Assembly (NCBI GenBank): GCA_037925075.1
Contig: JAXSNR010000002.1
Location: forward strand, 608,001 to 672,000
Length of the DNA stretch: 64,000 nt
Reading direction: 5' to 3'
DNA from: Aquificaceae bacterium
GTDB lineage: Bacteria; Aquificota; Aquificia; Aquificales; Aquificaceae
In this document: positions 35,688-44,867 of the stretch, piece by piece
Layout: every line of letters begins with the position of its first letter
Position numbering within the stretch: the stretch's first letter is position 1
The notes under the pieces: generated by a model
What the model was told of the DNA's origin: nothing
The model's input: the letters and a program-made list of their open reading frames with translations, nothing else
The model's database searches: none
Program-made: the position numbers and the translations under genes

Positions 35688-36612
35688 CCTTTCTGTGGAG
35701 CTTTTTGGCATAAGGTTTAAAAACCCCGTATGGGTAGCGTCTGGCACCTTTGGTTACGGCGTGGAAGCCATGGAGATATACGATGTTTCAAGGCTCGGTG
35801 CGGTGGTTACAAAGGGCATATCTCTAAAGCCAAGAGAGGGCAACGCCCCAGAAAGAATAGCGGAAACCCCTTGCGGAATGCTAAATTCCATAGGGCTTCA
35901 AAACCCCGGAGTGGAGGGATTTCTCAAAAAGGTATATCCACTGATTAAAAACATAGACACCCATTTTATAGCCAACGTGTTTGGTGAGACGGAGGAGGAG
36001 TATGTGGAAGTATGCCTTGCCCTTGAAGAGGCTGAGAAGGTGGTCGCTTACGAGCTTAATGTGTCCTGCCCTAATGTGAAAAAGGGGGGTATGCTCTTTG
36101 GACACGACCCTGTGGTCCTTGGAAGGCTCGTAGAAAGGGTAAAGTCAAGGGTTAAAAAGCCTGTGCTTGTAAAACTCTCTCCAAACACAGGAGACATAAA
36201 AGGTTTTGCCAAAGTTTGCATAGAAGCGGGTGCGGATGGGCTTGTGCTTATAAACACCCTTTTGGGAATGAAGATAGATACAAAAAGTCAAAAGCCTGAG
36301 CTTTCTACCCTTATGGGAGGGCTTTCAGGTCCCGCCATACTTCCCATAGCGGTTAGGATGGTATGGGAGGTTTTTTCCCAGTTTGGCTTTTCTGTACCTA
36401 TTGTGGGTGTGGGAGGTATATACGATACTGACTCCGCGCTTCAACATATTTTGGCTGGTGCGGTATGCATACAGGTGGGCACCGCCAACTTTTTTGACCC
36501 CTACGCACCTTTAAAGATAGTAGAGGGTATAGAAGGCTATATGAGGGAAAGGTCTGTGGAGAGGTTTACCGACCTTGTGGGTAGGGCTCACAGGCTTGTG
36601 GTACGTTCCTAA
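35680..36612 (+). CDS. pyrD: Dihydroorotate dehydrogenase (class 1B catalytic subunit)
   Basis: 'ASGTFGYG', 'NSIGLQNPG', 'ELNVSCPN', 'KLSPN', 'GGLSGPAI'. Confidence 0.95.
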   Translation: MPDLSVELFGIRFKNPVWVASGTFGYGVEAMEIYDVSRLGAVVTKGISLKPREGNAPERIAETPCGMLNSIGLQNPGVEGFLKKVYPLIKNIDTHFIANVFGETEEEYVEVCLALEEAEKVVAYELNVSCPNVKKGGMLFGHDPVVLGRLVERVKSRVKKPVLVKLSPNTGDIKGFAKVCIEAGADGLVLINTLLGMKIDTKSQKPELSTLMGGLSGPAILPIAVRMVWEVFSQFGFSVPIVGVGGIYDTDSALQHILAGAVCIQVGTANFFDPYAPLKIVEGIEGYMRERSVERFTDLVGRAHRLVVRS

Positions 36613-37710
36613 GCCCTTCCACAACTCTAAAGAGGATAAGGTATAAGGGTAGCATGGCATCCCAGAAGAAGGTAAAGACCGCACCCACAAGGTGGAAGCC
36701 AAGAGGAAGTAAAAGGGACATGAGAAGCAAGTCCTCTTTACCCCTTAGCCTAAAGCCTGCCAAAAACCTAAAATAGGACCAGTAGACCCAAAGTACAGCC
36801 AAAAGGCCTAAAAGCCCCTTCTCAATAAACTCGGAAAGCAAGAAGACAGACTCATAAACACCACCCACAGGGCTTTTTGGCTCAAGGTAGTAGCCTGAGT
36901 TTATGCCATGGCCTATGGCAAGGGCAAGCCAGTTTCTTTCTTGGATGTCCTTTTTTATAACTTCTATACCAGCCTTTGCTATCTCCCAACGGTAGCTGGA
37001 GATGATGTTCAGAGTCTCATCGTTTACAGCTTTTTTTCCAGTTATAAGCTCGTATAAGGCTTTGTATCTTGGGTCCTTATCCAAAAGTATCGCACTACTA
37101 ACTGTGAAGCCCAAAAGCAAGCTAAGTATAATGCCCCAGAAGGCTTTTTTAGAGAAGCTTCTGCCAACAAGGAGAGCAAAGACCAGAAGGGCAAAGGCAA
37201 GCCCAAGCATGCTGGACCTTCTCATGGTAAAAAAGACCACACCTACAAACACAAAAAAAGGCAAAAGGTAATAGAACCTTTTTGAATAGAAGAAAAGGGA
37301 GAGGCTTGCGACCGCAAAGATACTGTAGAAGGCACCCACCTCAAACCATCCACCCCACAACATGGCAGGCTGGCCTGTTTTTATGTGCTTGTAAAAGACC
37401 ACAGGCAAAAGAAACAAGCCAGAAAAAATAAGAAAGAGGTTAAACCTGTAGAGAATACTTTGGTCTATCTTTGTTAGGCCACCACAGCAGTAAGCAAGCA
37501 GAAAGGCCCCCCTTTCTATCGCCTTACCTATCTGTGAGATGTGAAAAAGGACTGTGGAAGAAAGCACCACCACCGCATGCAAGCTCAATGGCAAAAGTAG
37601 CCTTCCCTTACACCTAAGGCCTTGTACGCCAGATATAAAAGCAAAAGGACCACAAAGGCTTCAAAGACGCTTATGGAAAGCAGGGCTATGGCAAAAAGGG
37701 CTATAATCAT
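36566..37710 (-). pseudogene. O-antigen ligase / O-oligosaccharyltransferase family protein, frameshifted near 37615
   Basis: N-terminal TM segment MIIALFAIALLSISVFE... (ATG 37710) is out of frame with the 342-aa remainder carrying 'RRS..LG', 'SS.RW', 'IGHG', 'EKGLLG'. Confidence 0.72.
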
Positions 37711-37734
37711 GATAGGCTTTATAATTATAAAAGA

Positions 37735-37822
37735 GGCGAGGTGCCGGAGTGGACGAACGGGGCGGTCTCGAAAATCGCTGTGGGTTTACAGCCCACCGGG
37801 GGTTCGAATCCCTCCCTCGCCG
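37735..37822 (+). tRNA. tRNA-Ser(CGA)
   Basis: Acceptor stem GGCGAGG/CCTCGCC, anticodon arm GCGGT-CTCGAAA-ATCGC, long variable arm, GGTTCGAATCC, discriminator G. CCA not encoded. Confidence 0.96.
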
Positions 37823-37834
37823 TAGGAGAAGGTT

Positions 37835-38410
37835 ATGAGCTACATTGTGAGAGAGTTAAAGCCTACCTTTGAAAGGCTGATGGAGCCTTTTCTTGCCTTT
37901 TTACAAAGGCTTGGTGCGACACCAAACTTGATAACCTTTACAGGGCTTTTTCTTGTGTTTTTAGGTTCCCTTTCTCTTTACTTTGGATACCTACTTTTGA
38001 GCTTTTTTCTTCTTCTTTTGGGAGCCCTTTCCGATGCCTTGGATGGAAGCCTTGCCAGAAGACTTGGTAAAAACTCGGATTTTGGAGCCTTTCTTGACTC
38101 TTTACTTGACAGGGTGTCCGATGCTTTACCTTTTATAGCCATAGCCCTGTCTTCTGAAGAAAAGCTAACAGCTTTGTTTGCCCTAATGGCTATGCTCTTT
38201 TCCTTTACGGTTAGCTATTCAAGGGCAAGGGCTGAAGGATTGGGTTATGAGTTAAAGGTTGGTACCTTTGAAAGACCAGAAAGGTGGTTTGTGCTTTTGA
38301 CAGGCATAGCCCTTGACCTTGTTTTCCCTGCGTTGGTTCTAATAGCCTTGGGTTCTTTGATAACCACTATGCAGAGAGCTTATATTTTTAGAAAACTCAC
38401 AAGGAGGTAA
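37835..38410 (+). CDS. CDP-alcohol phosphatidyltransferase (phosphatidylinositol-phosphate synthase-like)
   Basis: 'TPN', D..DG..AR........G...D...DR..D, C-terminal 'SYSRARAEG..G.FERPER'. Confidence 0.88.
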   Translation: MSYIVRELKPTFERLMEPFLAFLQRLGATPNLITFTGLFLVFLGSLSLYFGYLLLSFFLLLLGALSDALDGSLARRLGKNSDFGAFLDSLLDRVSDALPFIAIALSSEEKLTALFALMAMLFSFTVSYSRARAEGLGYELKVGTFERPERWFVLLTGIALDLVFPALVLIALGSLITTMQRAYIFRKLTRR

Positions 38411-38413
38411 AAG

Positions 38414-38848
38414 ATGCTTCCAAAGGACCTTATAGACCTTATGCGTAATCTGGGGGTTTTCCCTGCGGTGCTTGCCACCTCCGACAAGGAAGGTAATATA
38501 CATTTAACCTTTATCACATGGGTTTACCCTGTTGATGAAAGAACTGTAAGAGTTGCCCTAAGCTCCAATTCAAAAAGCTCCAAGAACATGCAACAGTCTG
38601 GACAGGCATGTTTAATGCTTATAGCTCAGGACAAAGCACTTGCATGCTATGGGACCGCAAGCCTTGTGCAGGATAGGATAGAAGAGGTCAAGTTTCCAGT
38701 CTCCGTGTTTGAAATCAAGATAAACAGCGTGGAGAACACCCTCTTTCCCGGTGGCACCATAACGGGCACCATACCCTTTATGCATACGGGAGACCTACAA
38801 AGAGCTGGAGAACTTGACCAGCTTGTACTTGATGCCCTAAGGCTTTGA
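38414..38848 (+). CDS. Pyridoxamine 5'-phosphate oxidase-like FMN-binding protein
   Basis: 'VLATSDKEG..H', 'S.S.KN' split-barrel pattern. Confidence 0.7.
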   Translation: MLPKDLIDLMRNLGVFPAVLATSDKEGNIHLTFITWVYPVDERTVRVALSSNSKSSKNMQQSGQACLMLIAQDKALACYGTASLVQDRIEEVKFPVSVFEIKINSVENTLFPGGTITGTIPFMHTGDLQRAGELDQLVLDALRL

Positions 38849-39612
38849 TGAAAAGCGTAGTTTCAGTGAAGGACTTAAGCCTTGAACTGAACGGAAGGCC
38901 CATCCTAAAAAGGGTTAGCTTTGAGGTGTACGAAGGTGAGGTTTTCACCGTACTGGGTGGAAGTGGAAGCGGTAAGACCACCATTACCAAGTGTTTGGTT
39001 GGTCTTTTAAAGGCAACCGATGGAAAGATAGAAGTCTTTGGTAAAGATGTGGCAACATTAAAGCAGATGGAACTGGACGATTTGAGGAATAACATAGGCT
39101 ACGTTTTTCAGGGAGCTGCCCTCTTTGATAGCCTTACCGTTTGGGAGAATGTAGTTTTTTATCACTTGGAGCATGGAAACTACAGAGAGGAAGAGCTTAG
39201 GTCCCTTGCCTTAAAGTATCTAAGTATGGTGGGCTTATCAGAAGAGCATCTTGACCTCTATCCCTCTGAACTTTCGGGAGGTATGAAGAAAAGGGTTGGG
39301 ATAGCAAGGGCTATAGCCACAGAGCCAAAGCTTATAATATACGATGAGCCCACCTCAGGGCTTGACCCTATAACCAGCAGGCTTATAGACGAGCTTATTT
39401 TTAGTCTTAGGGAAAAGACAGGCTCAACCGCCATAGTGGTATCCCACGACCTTGTATCCGCCTTTTCCATATCGGACAGGATCATGATAATCAAGGATGG
39501 GCAAGTGGTCCAGATAGGCACAAGGGAAGAGATAATGAACTCTCATGTACCCTTTGTGAGGGAGTTTATAAAAAAGGGTCTTGGAGACCTTTATGAGGTA
39601 AGGAAAGCCTGA
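38845..39612 (+). CDS. ABC ATPase, MlaF/Mkl family
   Basis: GGSGSGKTT, 'FQGAALFDSL', 'LSGGMKKRV.IARA', 'YDEPTSGLDP'. Confidence 0.9.
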   Translation: MMKSVVSVKDLSLELNGRPILKRVSFEVYEGEVFTVLGGSGSGKTTITKCLVGLLKATDGKIEVFGKDVATLKQMELDDLRNNIGYVFQGAALFDSLTVWENVVFYHLEHGNYREEELRSLALKYLSMVGLSEEHLDLYPSELSGGMKKRVGIARAIATEPKLIIYDEPTSGLDPITSRLIDELIFSLREKTGSTAIVVSHDLVSAFSISDRIMIIKDGQVVQIGTREEIMNSHVPFVREFIKKGLGDLYEVRKA

Positions 39613-40784
39613 CCCAAGTATCTTCTTATAACTGGATAGCTGTTAAGCACACCCTTTGAAAAGAGAAACTGGAAAAGATGGTTGCTACCTATGTAGAAGG
39701 AAGCCGCGGAGGCGGTAAGATAAAGCTCCCACATCCTGAAAAACTCCTCTCCATACCTGCTTATTACCCAGTCCTTAACACCCAAAAACCTTTTTTTCCA
39801 TTCTTTGAGAGTGAAATAGTAGTGTAGCCTCCAATCGTCTATGTCTATAAGGTTAAAGCCAAGCCCTTCCGAAGCCCTGAGTACCTCTTCTATAGAGGGC
39901 AGGTATCCGCCCGGAAATATGTACTTTCTTATCCATCTACTTTGGCTTGAGGGATGGACCTTTCCTATAGTATGAAGGAGGAAAAGCCCACCTTCTTCAA
40001 TTACCTGATTTACCACTCGGAAAAATCTTCTGTGCCTTCCCTTTCCCACATGCTCAAACATGCCCACAGAAACCACCTTGTTAAACCTTTTGCCAAGCTT
40101 TGGCAGGTCCTCGTAGTGTATAAGATACACCTCAGCCATACCTTCCAAACCAAGGCTTTTTATCCTTCCCTTTACAAACTCATACTGATTCTTAGACAGA
40201 GTTATGCCCACAGAGTGGACTCCATACTGCGAGGCGGTTTCAAGTATTATAGAACCCCATCCACAGCCAATGTCCAAGAGTCTGTCCCCGCTTTTTAGTT
40301 GGAGTTTTTCGTATATGACCCTTCTCTTTTCGCTCTGTGCCTCCTCAAGGCTCATATTTGGTTCCAAAAAGAAGGCACAGGAGTAAGTAATTGACCTGTC
40401 AAGCCAAAGCTGGTAAAACTCGTTTCCCAAATCGTAATGTTTCCTTACCTCCTTACCTTCAAGCCTTTTTATAAGCCCCAAACCCTTTAAAAGCCCTCTC
40501 ATAAGGTTCATAAGGATACCTCTAAAGCCCTCCTTATCCTCCAAACCTGCATACTTCATGCACGCCATAAGAACTTTCTCCAAATCACCCTCAATCACTA
40601 TATCACCCCTCATGTAAGCTTCACAAAAGCCCATCTCAGGGTCCTTTAAAACTTCTTTTAAAGCATCCTTTTTAAAGACCCTTATCCTGTGAAGCCCCTC
40701 TCCAATGCAAATTCCATTGGGTAGCTCAAGGCATAAGCCCTCATCAAACCCTTCGTTTATTTTCGTTATGATTTTCTCTACCAT
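39591..40784 (-). CDS. cfa: Cyclopropane-fatty-acyl-phospholipid synthase
   Basis: 'HYDLGNEFY', 'YSCA', 'LDIGCGWG', 'SVGMFEHVG', 'YIFPGG', 'RMWELYL'. Confidence 0.92.
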   Translation of the reverse strand: MVEKIITKINEGFDEGLCLELPNGICIGEGLHRIRVFKKDALKEVLKDPEMGFCEAYMRGDIVIEGDLEKVLMACMKYAGLEDKEGFRGILMNLMRGLLKGLGLIKRLEGKEVRKHYDLGNEFYQLWLDRSITYSCAFFLEPNMSLEEAQSEKRRVIYEKLQLKSGDRLLDIGCGWGSIILETASQYGVHSVGITLSKNQYEFVKGRIKSLGLEGMAEVYLIHYEDLPKLGKRFNKVVSVGMFEHVGKGRHRRFFRVVNQVIEEGGLFLLHTIGKVHPSSQSRWIRKYIFPGGYLPSIEEVLRASEGLGFNLIDIDDWRLHYYFTLKEWKKRFLGVKDWVISRYGEEFFRMWELYLTASAASFYIGSNHLFQFLFSKGVLNSYPVIRRYLGQAFLTS

Positions 40785-40854
40785 TTGATAACCCTCCTCA
40801 CTTTGTATAGTATAAATATAACCCTCTTATTACCAAGGCTGTATATAATTAAAT

Positions 40855-42387
40855 ATGGTGGTAAAAAGGTCAACCTTAATCCTAAACTTCGGCTCCCAAT
40901 ACGTCCAGCTTATAGCAAGAAGGATAAGGGAGCTGGGAGTATACAGTGAGATTGTGCCATACAACATAAGCCCAAAGGAGGTAAAAGAGAAAAACCCCTA
41001 CTGCTTAATATTATCTGGTGGTCCAGCCTCTGTGTATGAAAAAGATGCACCACTTCCAGAGCCAGAGCTTTACCGCCTTGATATTCCTATACTCGGTATA
41101 TGCTACGGTCTTCAGGCTATGGTGCATCAGTTGGGAGGCTCGGTAGAAAGGTCCGAAAAGCAAGAGTATGGAAGGGCAAGGCTAAGGCTTGTTAAAAGGG
41201 ACCCACTTTTTGATAACTTGCCCCATGAGTTTGATGTGTGGATGAGTCATGCGGACAAGGCGGTAAGGCTTCCAAAAGGCTTTGAAAGCCTTGCAAGCTC
41301 AGAAAACTCTCCCTATGCGGTCATAAGACACAAAAGCAAAGCCATATACGGCGTTCAGTTTCATCCAGAGGTTGCCCACACCCAATACGGAAGGGAGCTT
41401 CTTTCTAACTTCCTTTTCAAGGTTTGTGGGGCGGAGAAAAACTGGAGCATGGGCAACTTTATTGAAGAGAAGATAGAGGAGATAAAAAAGGAAGTGGGAA
41501 GTGGTAGGGTAATCTGTGCCTTGTCTGGAGGTGTGGATTCAACGGTTGCAGCACTCCTAACCTACAAGGCTGTGGGAAACCAGCTCAAATGCATATTCGT
41601 AAATCATGGACTTTTGAGAAAGGGGGAGGTGGAGGAGGTGGAAGGCTACTTTAAGAGGATGGGTCTTCCCTTTTACAGGGTGGATGCGGAAGAGCTGTTT
41701 TTAGAAAGGCTCAAGGGTGTGGAAGACCCAGAAGAAAAAAGGAAGATAATAGGACATACCTTTGTGGAGGTCTTTGAAAAAGAAGCAAAGAGGTTTGACG
41801 CGGAGTTTCTTCTTCAAGGCACCCTATATCCCGATGTGGTAGAAAGTGCGGGCATTCCCGGCGCCAAGGTTATAAAGACCCATCACAACGTGGGAGGTCT
41901 TCCTGAAAGGATGAAGCTTAAACTCCTTGAGCCTTTGAGGGAGCTTTTCAAAGATGAAGTGCGTCAAGTGGGAAGGCTTTTAGGGATGCCAGAAGAAGTG
42001 CTTATGCGTCATCCCTTTCCAGGTCCTGGTCTTGCCATAAGGATATTGGGAGAGGTAAAAAGGGAAGACTTGGAAATTCTCAGAGAGGCGGACCGCATAT
42101 TTGTAGAAGAGCTAAAAAGGTGGGGGCTATATGATAAGGTTTGGCAGGCCTTTGCGGTTCTTTTGCCTGTAAAGAGCGTAGGCGTTATGGGTGATGTGAG
42201 GACCTACGAAAGGGTAATAGGGCTCAGGGCTGTGGACAGCTCTGATGGTATGACCGCAGACTGGTCAAGGCTTCCTTATGAGTTCCTTGACCACGTGATG
42301 AGAAGGATAATAAACGAGGTTAAGGGTGTAAACAGGGTGGTGTATGATATATCCTCAAAACCACCAGCGACCATAGAATGGGAGTAA
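40855..42387 (+). CDS. guaA: GMP synthase (glutamine-hydrolysing)
   Basis: 'FGSQY', 'GICYG.Q', 'QFHPEV', 'SGGVDS', '[10 protein letters not shown]', 'KPPATIEWE'. Confidence 0.98.
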   Translation: MVVKRSTLILNFGSQYVQLIARRIRELGVYSEIVPYNISPKEVKEKNPYCLILSGGPASVYEKDAPLPEPELYRLDIPILGICYGLQAMVHQLGGSVERSEKQEYGRARLRLVKRDPLFDNLPHEFDVWMSHADKAVRLPKGFESLASSENSPYAVIRHKSKAIYGVQFHPEVAHTQYGRELLSNFLFKVCGAEKNWSMGNFIEEKIEEIKKEVGSGRVICALSGGVDSTVAALLTYKAVGNQLKCIFVNHGLLRKGEVEEVEGYFKRMGLPFYRVDAEELFLERLKGVEDPEEKRKIIGHTFVEVFEKEAKRFDAEFLLQGTLYPDVVESAGIPGAKVIKTHHNVGGLPERMKLKLLEPLRELFKDEVRQVGRLLGMPEEVLMRHPFPGPGLAIRILGEVKREDLEILREADRIFVEELKRWGLYDKVWQAFAVLLPVKSVGVMGDVRTYERVIGLRAVDSSDGMTADWSRLPYEFLDHVMRRIINEVKGVNRVVYDISSKPPATIEWE

Positions 42388-42397
42388 AATATTAACC

Positions 42398-43687
42398 ATG
42401 AGATATCTAAAGCAGACAGACCCAGAGATTTACGAAGCCATAGTAGGTGAATACAAGAGGCAGTTTTACCACCTGGAACTCATAGCTTCAGAAAACTTCA
42501 CCTCTCTTGCGGTTATGGAAGCACAGGGATCCGTGCTCACCAACAAGTATGCGGAGGGACTGCCCCGAAAAAGGTATTACGGTGGCTGTGAGTTTGTTGA
42601 TGTGGCGGAAGAGCTTGCCATAAAGAGGGTAAAAGAGCTTTACGGTGCGGAGCATGCTAACGTTCAACCTCACTCTGGCTCTCAAGCAAACATGGCAGTG
42701 TATATGGCCATTTTAAAGCCGGGAGATACCATACTGGGAATGGACCTAGCCCACGGAGGACACTTAACCCACGGTGCAAAGGTAAATTTTTCAGGAAAGG
42801 TATACAATGCCATATACTACGGACTTAACCCAGAAACAGAGCTAATAGACTACGACCAAGTTTATAAGTTGGCAAAGGAATACAAACCAAAATTGATAGT
42901 GGCTGGAGCCTCCGCTTACCCAAGGATCATAGACTGGGAGAGGTTTGCCCAGATAGCGGAGGATGTAGGTGCGTACCTTATGGTGGATATGGCACATTAT
43001 GCAGGTCTTATAGCGGGAGGTGTCTATCCAAACCCGGTGCCGTACGCACACTTTGTCACCTCCACCACCCATAAGACCCTTAGAGGTCCAAGAGGTGGCT
43101 TTATACTTTGCAAGGCGGAGTTTGCAAAGGATATAGACAAAAGCGTATTCCCCGGAGTGCAAGGCGGACCCCTTATGCATGTAATAGCCGCAAAGGCTGT
43201 AGCTTTTAAGGAAGCTATGAGGGAGGAGTTTAAGGCGTACGCAAGAAAAGTGGTCCTAAACGCTCAGGCAGTGGCGGAGGAGTTTATAAGGCTTGGCTTT
43301 AAGGTGGTTTCCGGAGGAACAGATAGCCATATAGTTCTTCTTGACCTGAGGGACAAGGGAATAACTGGCAAGCAAGCGGAAGAGGCTTTAGGAAAGGCAA
43401 ACATAACTGTGAACAAAAACGCAGTACCCTTTGACCCCTTACCTCCCACAAAAACCAGCGGTATAAGGATAGGCACACCAGCCATGACCACAAGAGGTAT
43501 GAAGGAAGAGGAGATGAGGCTGATTGCCAGACTTATAGCTCAGGTAATACAGAACGTGGAAGACAACGAAGTTATAGAAAGGGTCGGGAAGCAAGTTGTA
43601 GAGCTCTGCGAGCAGTTTCCCCTTTATCCTGAGCTGAAAGAGGCCATAGATGAGCTTTCTTATAGCAAAACAGCGGATCTGATATAA
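42398..43687 (+). CDS. glyA: Serine hydroxymethyltransferase
   Basis: 'LIASEN', 'NKYAEG', 'GGHLTHG', '[12 protein letters not shown]'. Confidence 0.98.
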   Translation: MRYLKQTDPEIYEAIVGEYKRQFYHLELIASENFTSLAVMEAQGSVLTNKYAEGLPRKRYYGGCEFVDVAEELAIKRVKELYGAEHANVQPHSGSQANMAVYMAILKPGDTILGMDLAHGGHLTHGAKVNFSGKVYNAIYYGLNPETELIDYDQVYKLAKEYKPKLIVAGASAYPRIIDWERFAQIAEDVGAYLMVDMAHYAGLIAGGVYPNPVPYAHFVTSTTHKTLRGPRGGFILCKAEFAKDIDKSVFPGVQGGPLMHVIAAKAVAFKEAMREEFKAYARKVVLNAQAVAEEFIRLGFKVVSGGTDSHIVLLDLRDKGITGKQAEEALGKANITVNKNAVPFDPLPPTKTSGIRIGTPAMTTRGMKEEEMRLIARLIAQVIQNVEDNEVIERVGKQVVELCEQFPLYPELKEAIDELSYSKTADLI

Positions 43688-43694
43688 TCTTCCT

Positions 43695-43937
43695 ATGAAC
43701 CTAATAAGGCTTCAGCTCATATATCCAGAAGATAAGGTAAAAGAGCCGATTTTATGCATGGTTTGTAAAAACTTTGATGTGGTAGTCAATATAAGGACCG
43801 CAAAGGTAACCAAAGATACGGGCATGCTTACCGTTGAGGTGGAAGGTGAAGCGGAGGAGATAGACAGAGTTATGAAGTTCATAGAAGATAGAGGGGTTAT
43901 AGTTCAGCCCATAGAAGGTCAGATATTTACCGAATGA
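43695..43937 (+). CDS. Stand-alone NIL-domain protein
   Basis: 'EPI......FDV.VNI..A.V....G...VE.EG' NIL pattern. Confidence 0.75.
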   Translation: MNLIRLQLIYPEDKVKEPILCMVCKNFDVVVNIRTAKVTKDTGMLTVEVEGEAEEIDRVMKFIEDRGVIVQPIEGQIFTE

Positions 43938-44860
43938 AAATCTCACAGATAGGAGAGTTTGGTCTTATAGAAAGGTTAAAGGAAATACTGGGAAGCCCTA
44001 TTATAGGAGATGATACAGCACCCATTTACCTTGGGGAAAGCACAATCTTGCTTACCTGCGACCTTCTTTTGCAAGACAGACACTTTAAGCTCCAATATCC
44101 ACCATCCGCTATTGGATGGAAAGCCATATCGGTCAATGTTAGCGATGTGGTCGCAAACGGAGGACTACCACATTACTGTCTTATTTCTTTAACTCTTCCG
44201 GATTTAGAGGTTAGCTACGTGGAAGAGATATACTTGGGCATAAAAAAGGCCTGTGAGTTTTACTCTTGTCAAGTGGTTGGGGGGAATGTTAGCAAAGGTG
44301 ATAAGCTGGCTATAGATGTATTTATGATGGGAAAGGCTGAAAGATTTGTGGGAAGAAGGGGAGCAAGGGTAGGGGATGGAGTTTTTGTATCAGGAACCTT
44401 GGGAGATTCAAGGGCTGGGCTTGAGCTTTTAATGATGGAGAAAAGGTCTTACGAAGACTTTGAACTCAGGCTTGTAGAAAAGCACCTTAGACTTACTGCA
44501 AGGATAGACTTTGTAAGGCACATTTCCAAGTACGCTAACGCAAGCATGGATATAAGCGATGGCCTCTCCTCTGATGCGGAAAAGCTTTCAAGGGCAAGCA
44601 ACGTAAGACTTAGGCTCTTTTCTGAAAAAATCCCCATCTCTCCAGAGCTTGTTAGCTACTGCAAAAGGCATGGAAAAGACCCCCTTGAGTACGCCCTTTC
44701 CGGCGGAGAGGACTATGAACTTCTTTTTACCCATCCCGTTGAAAAACTAAATCCCTTCCTTAGCATGGTTCAAATAGGTTTTGTAGAAAAGGGTGAAGGT
44801 ATTTTTCTTGATGACAAACCCCTTGAACCTACGGGTTTTGACCACTTTAGAGTGTTATAA
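43934..44860 (+). CDS. thiL: Thiamine-monophosphate kinase
   Basis: 'GEFGLI', 'IGDDTA', 'NVSDV.ANGG', 'DISDGL', 'GGEDYELLFT'. Confidence 0.95.
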   Translation: MKISQIGEFGLIERLKEILGSPIIGDDTAPIYLGESTILLTCDLLLQDRHFKLQYPPSAIGWKAISVNVSDVVANGGLPHYCLISLTLPDLEVSYVEEIYLGIKKACEFYSCQVVGGNVSKGDKLAIDVFMMGKAERFVGRRGARVGDGVFVSGTLGDSRAGLELLMMEKRSYEDFELRLVEKHLRLTARIDFVRHISKYANASMDISDGLSSDAEKLSRASNVRLRLFSEKIPISPELVSYCKRHGKDPLEYALSGGEDYELLFTHPVEKLNPFLSMVQIGFVEKGEGIFLDDKPLEPTGFDHFRVL

Positions 44861-44867
44861 TTTTTCC

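Noticed and set aside
37735..37840. tRNA-Ser or tRNA-Gln as an integration site of an island or prophage
   Set aside because: No integrase, no duplicated tRNA 3' end noticed, and the flanking genes are housekeeping.
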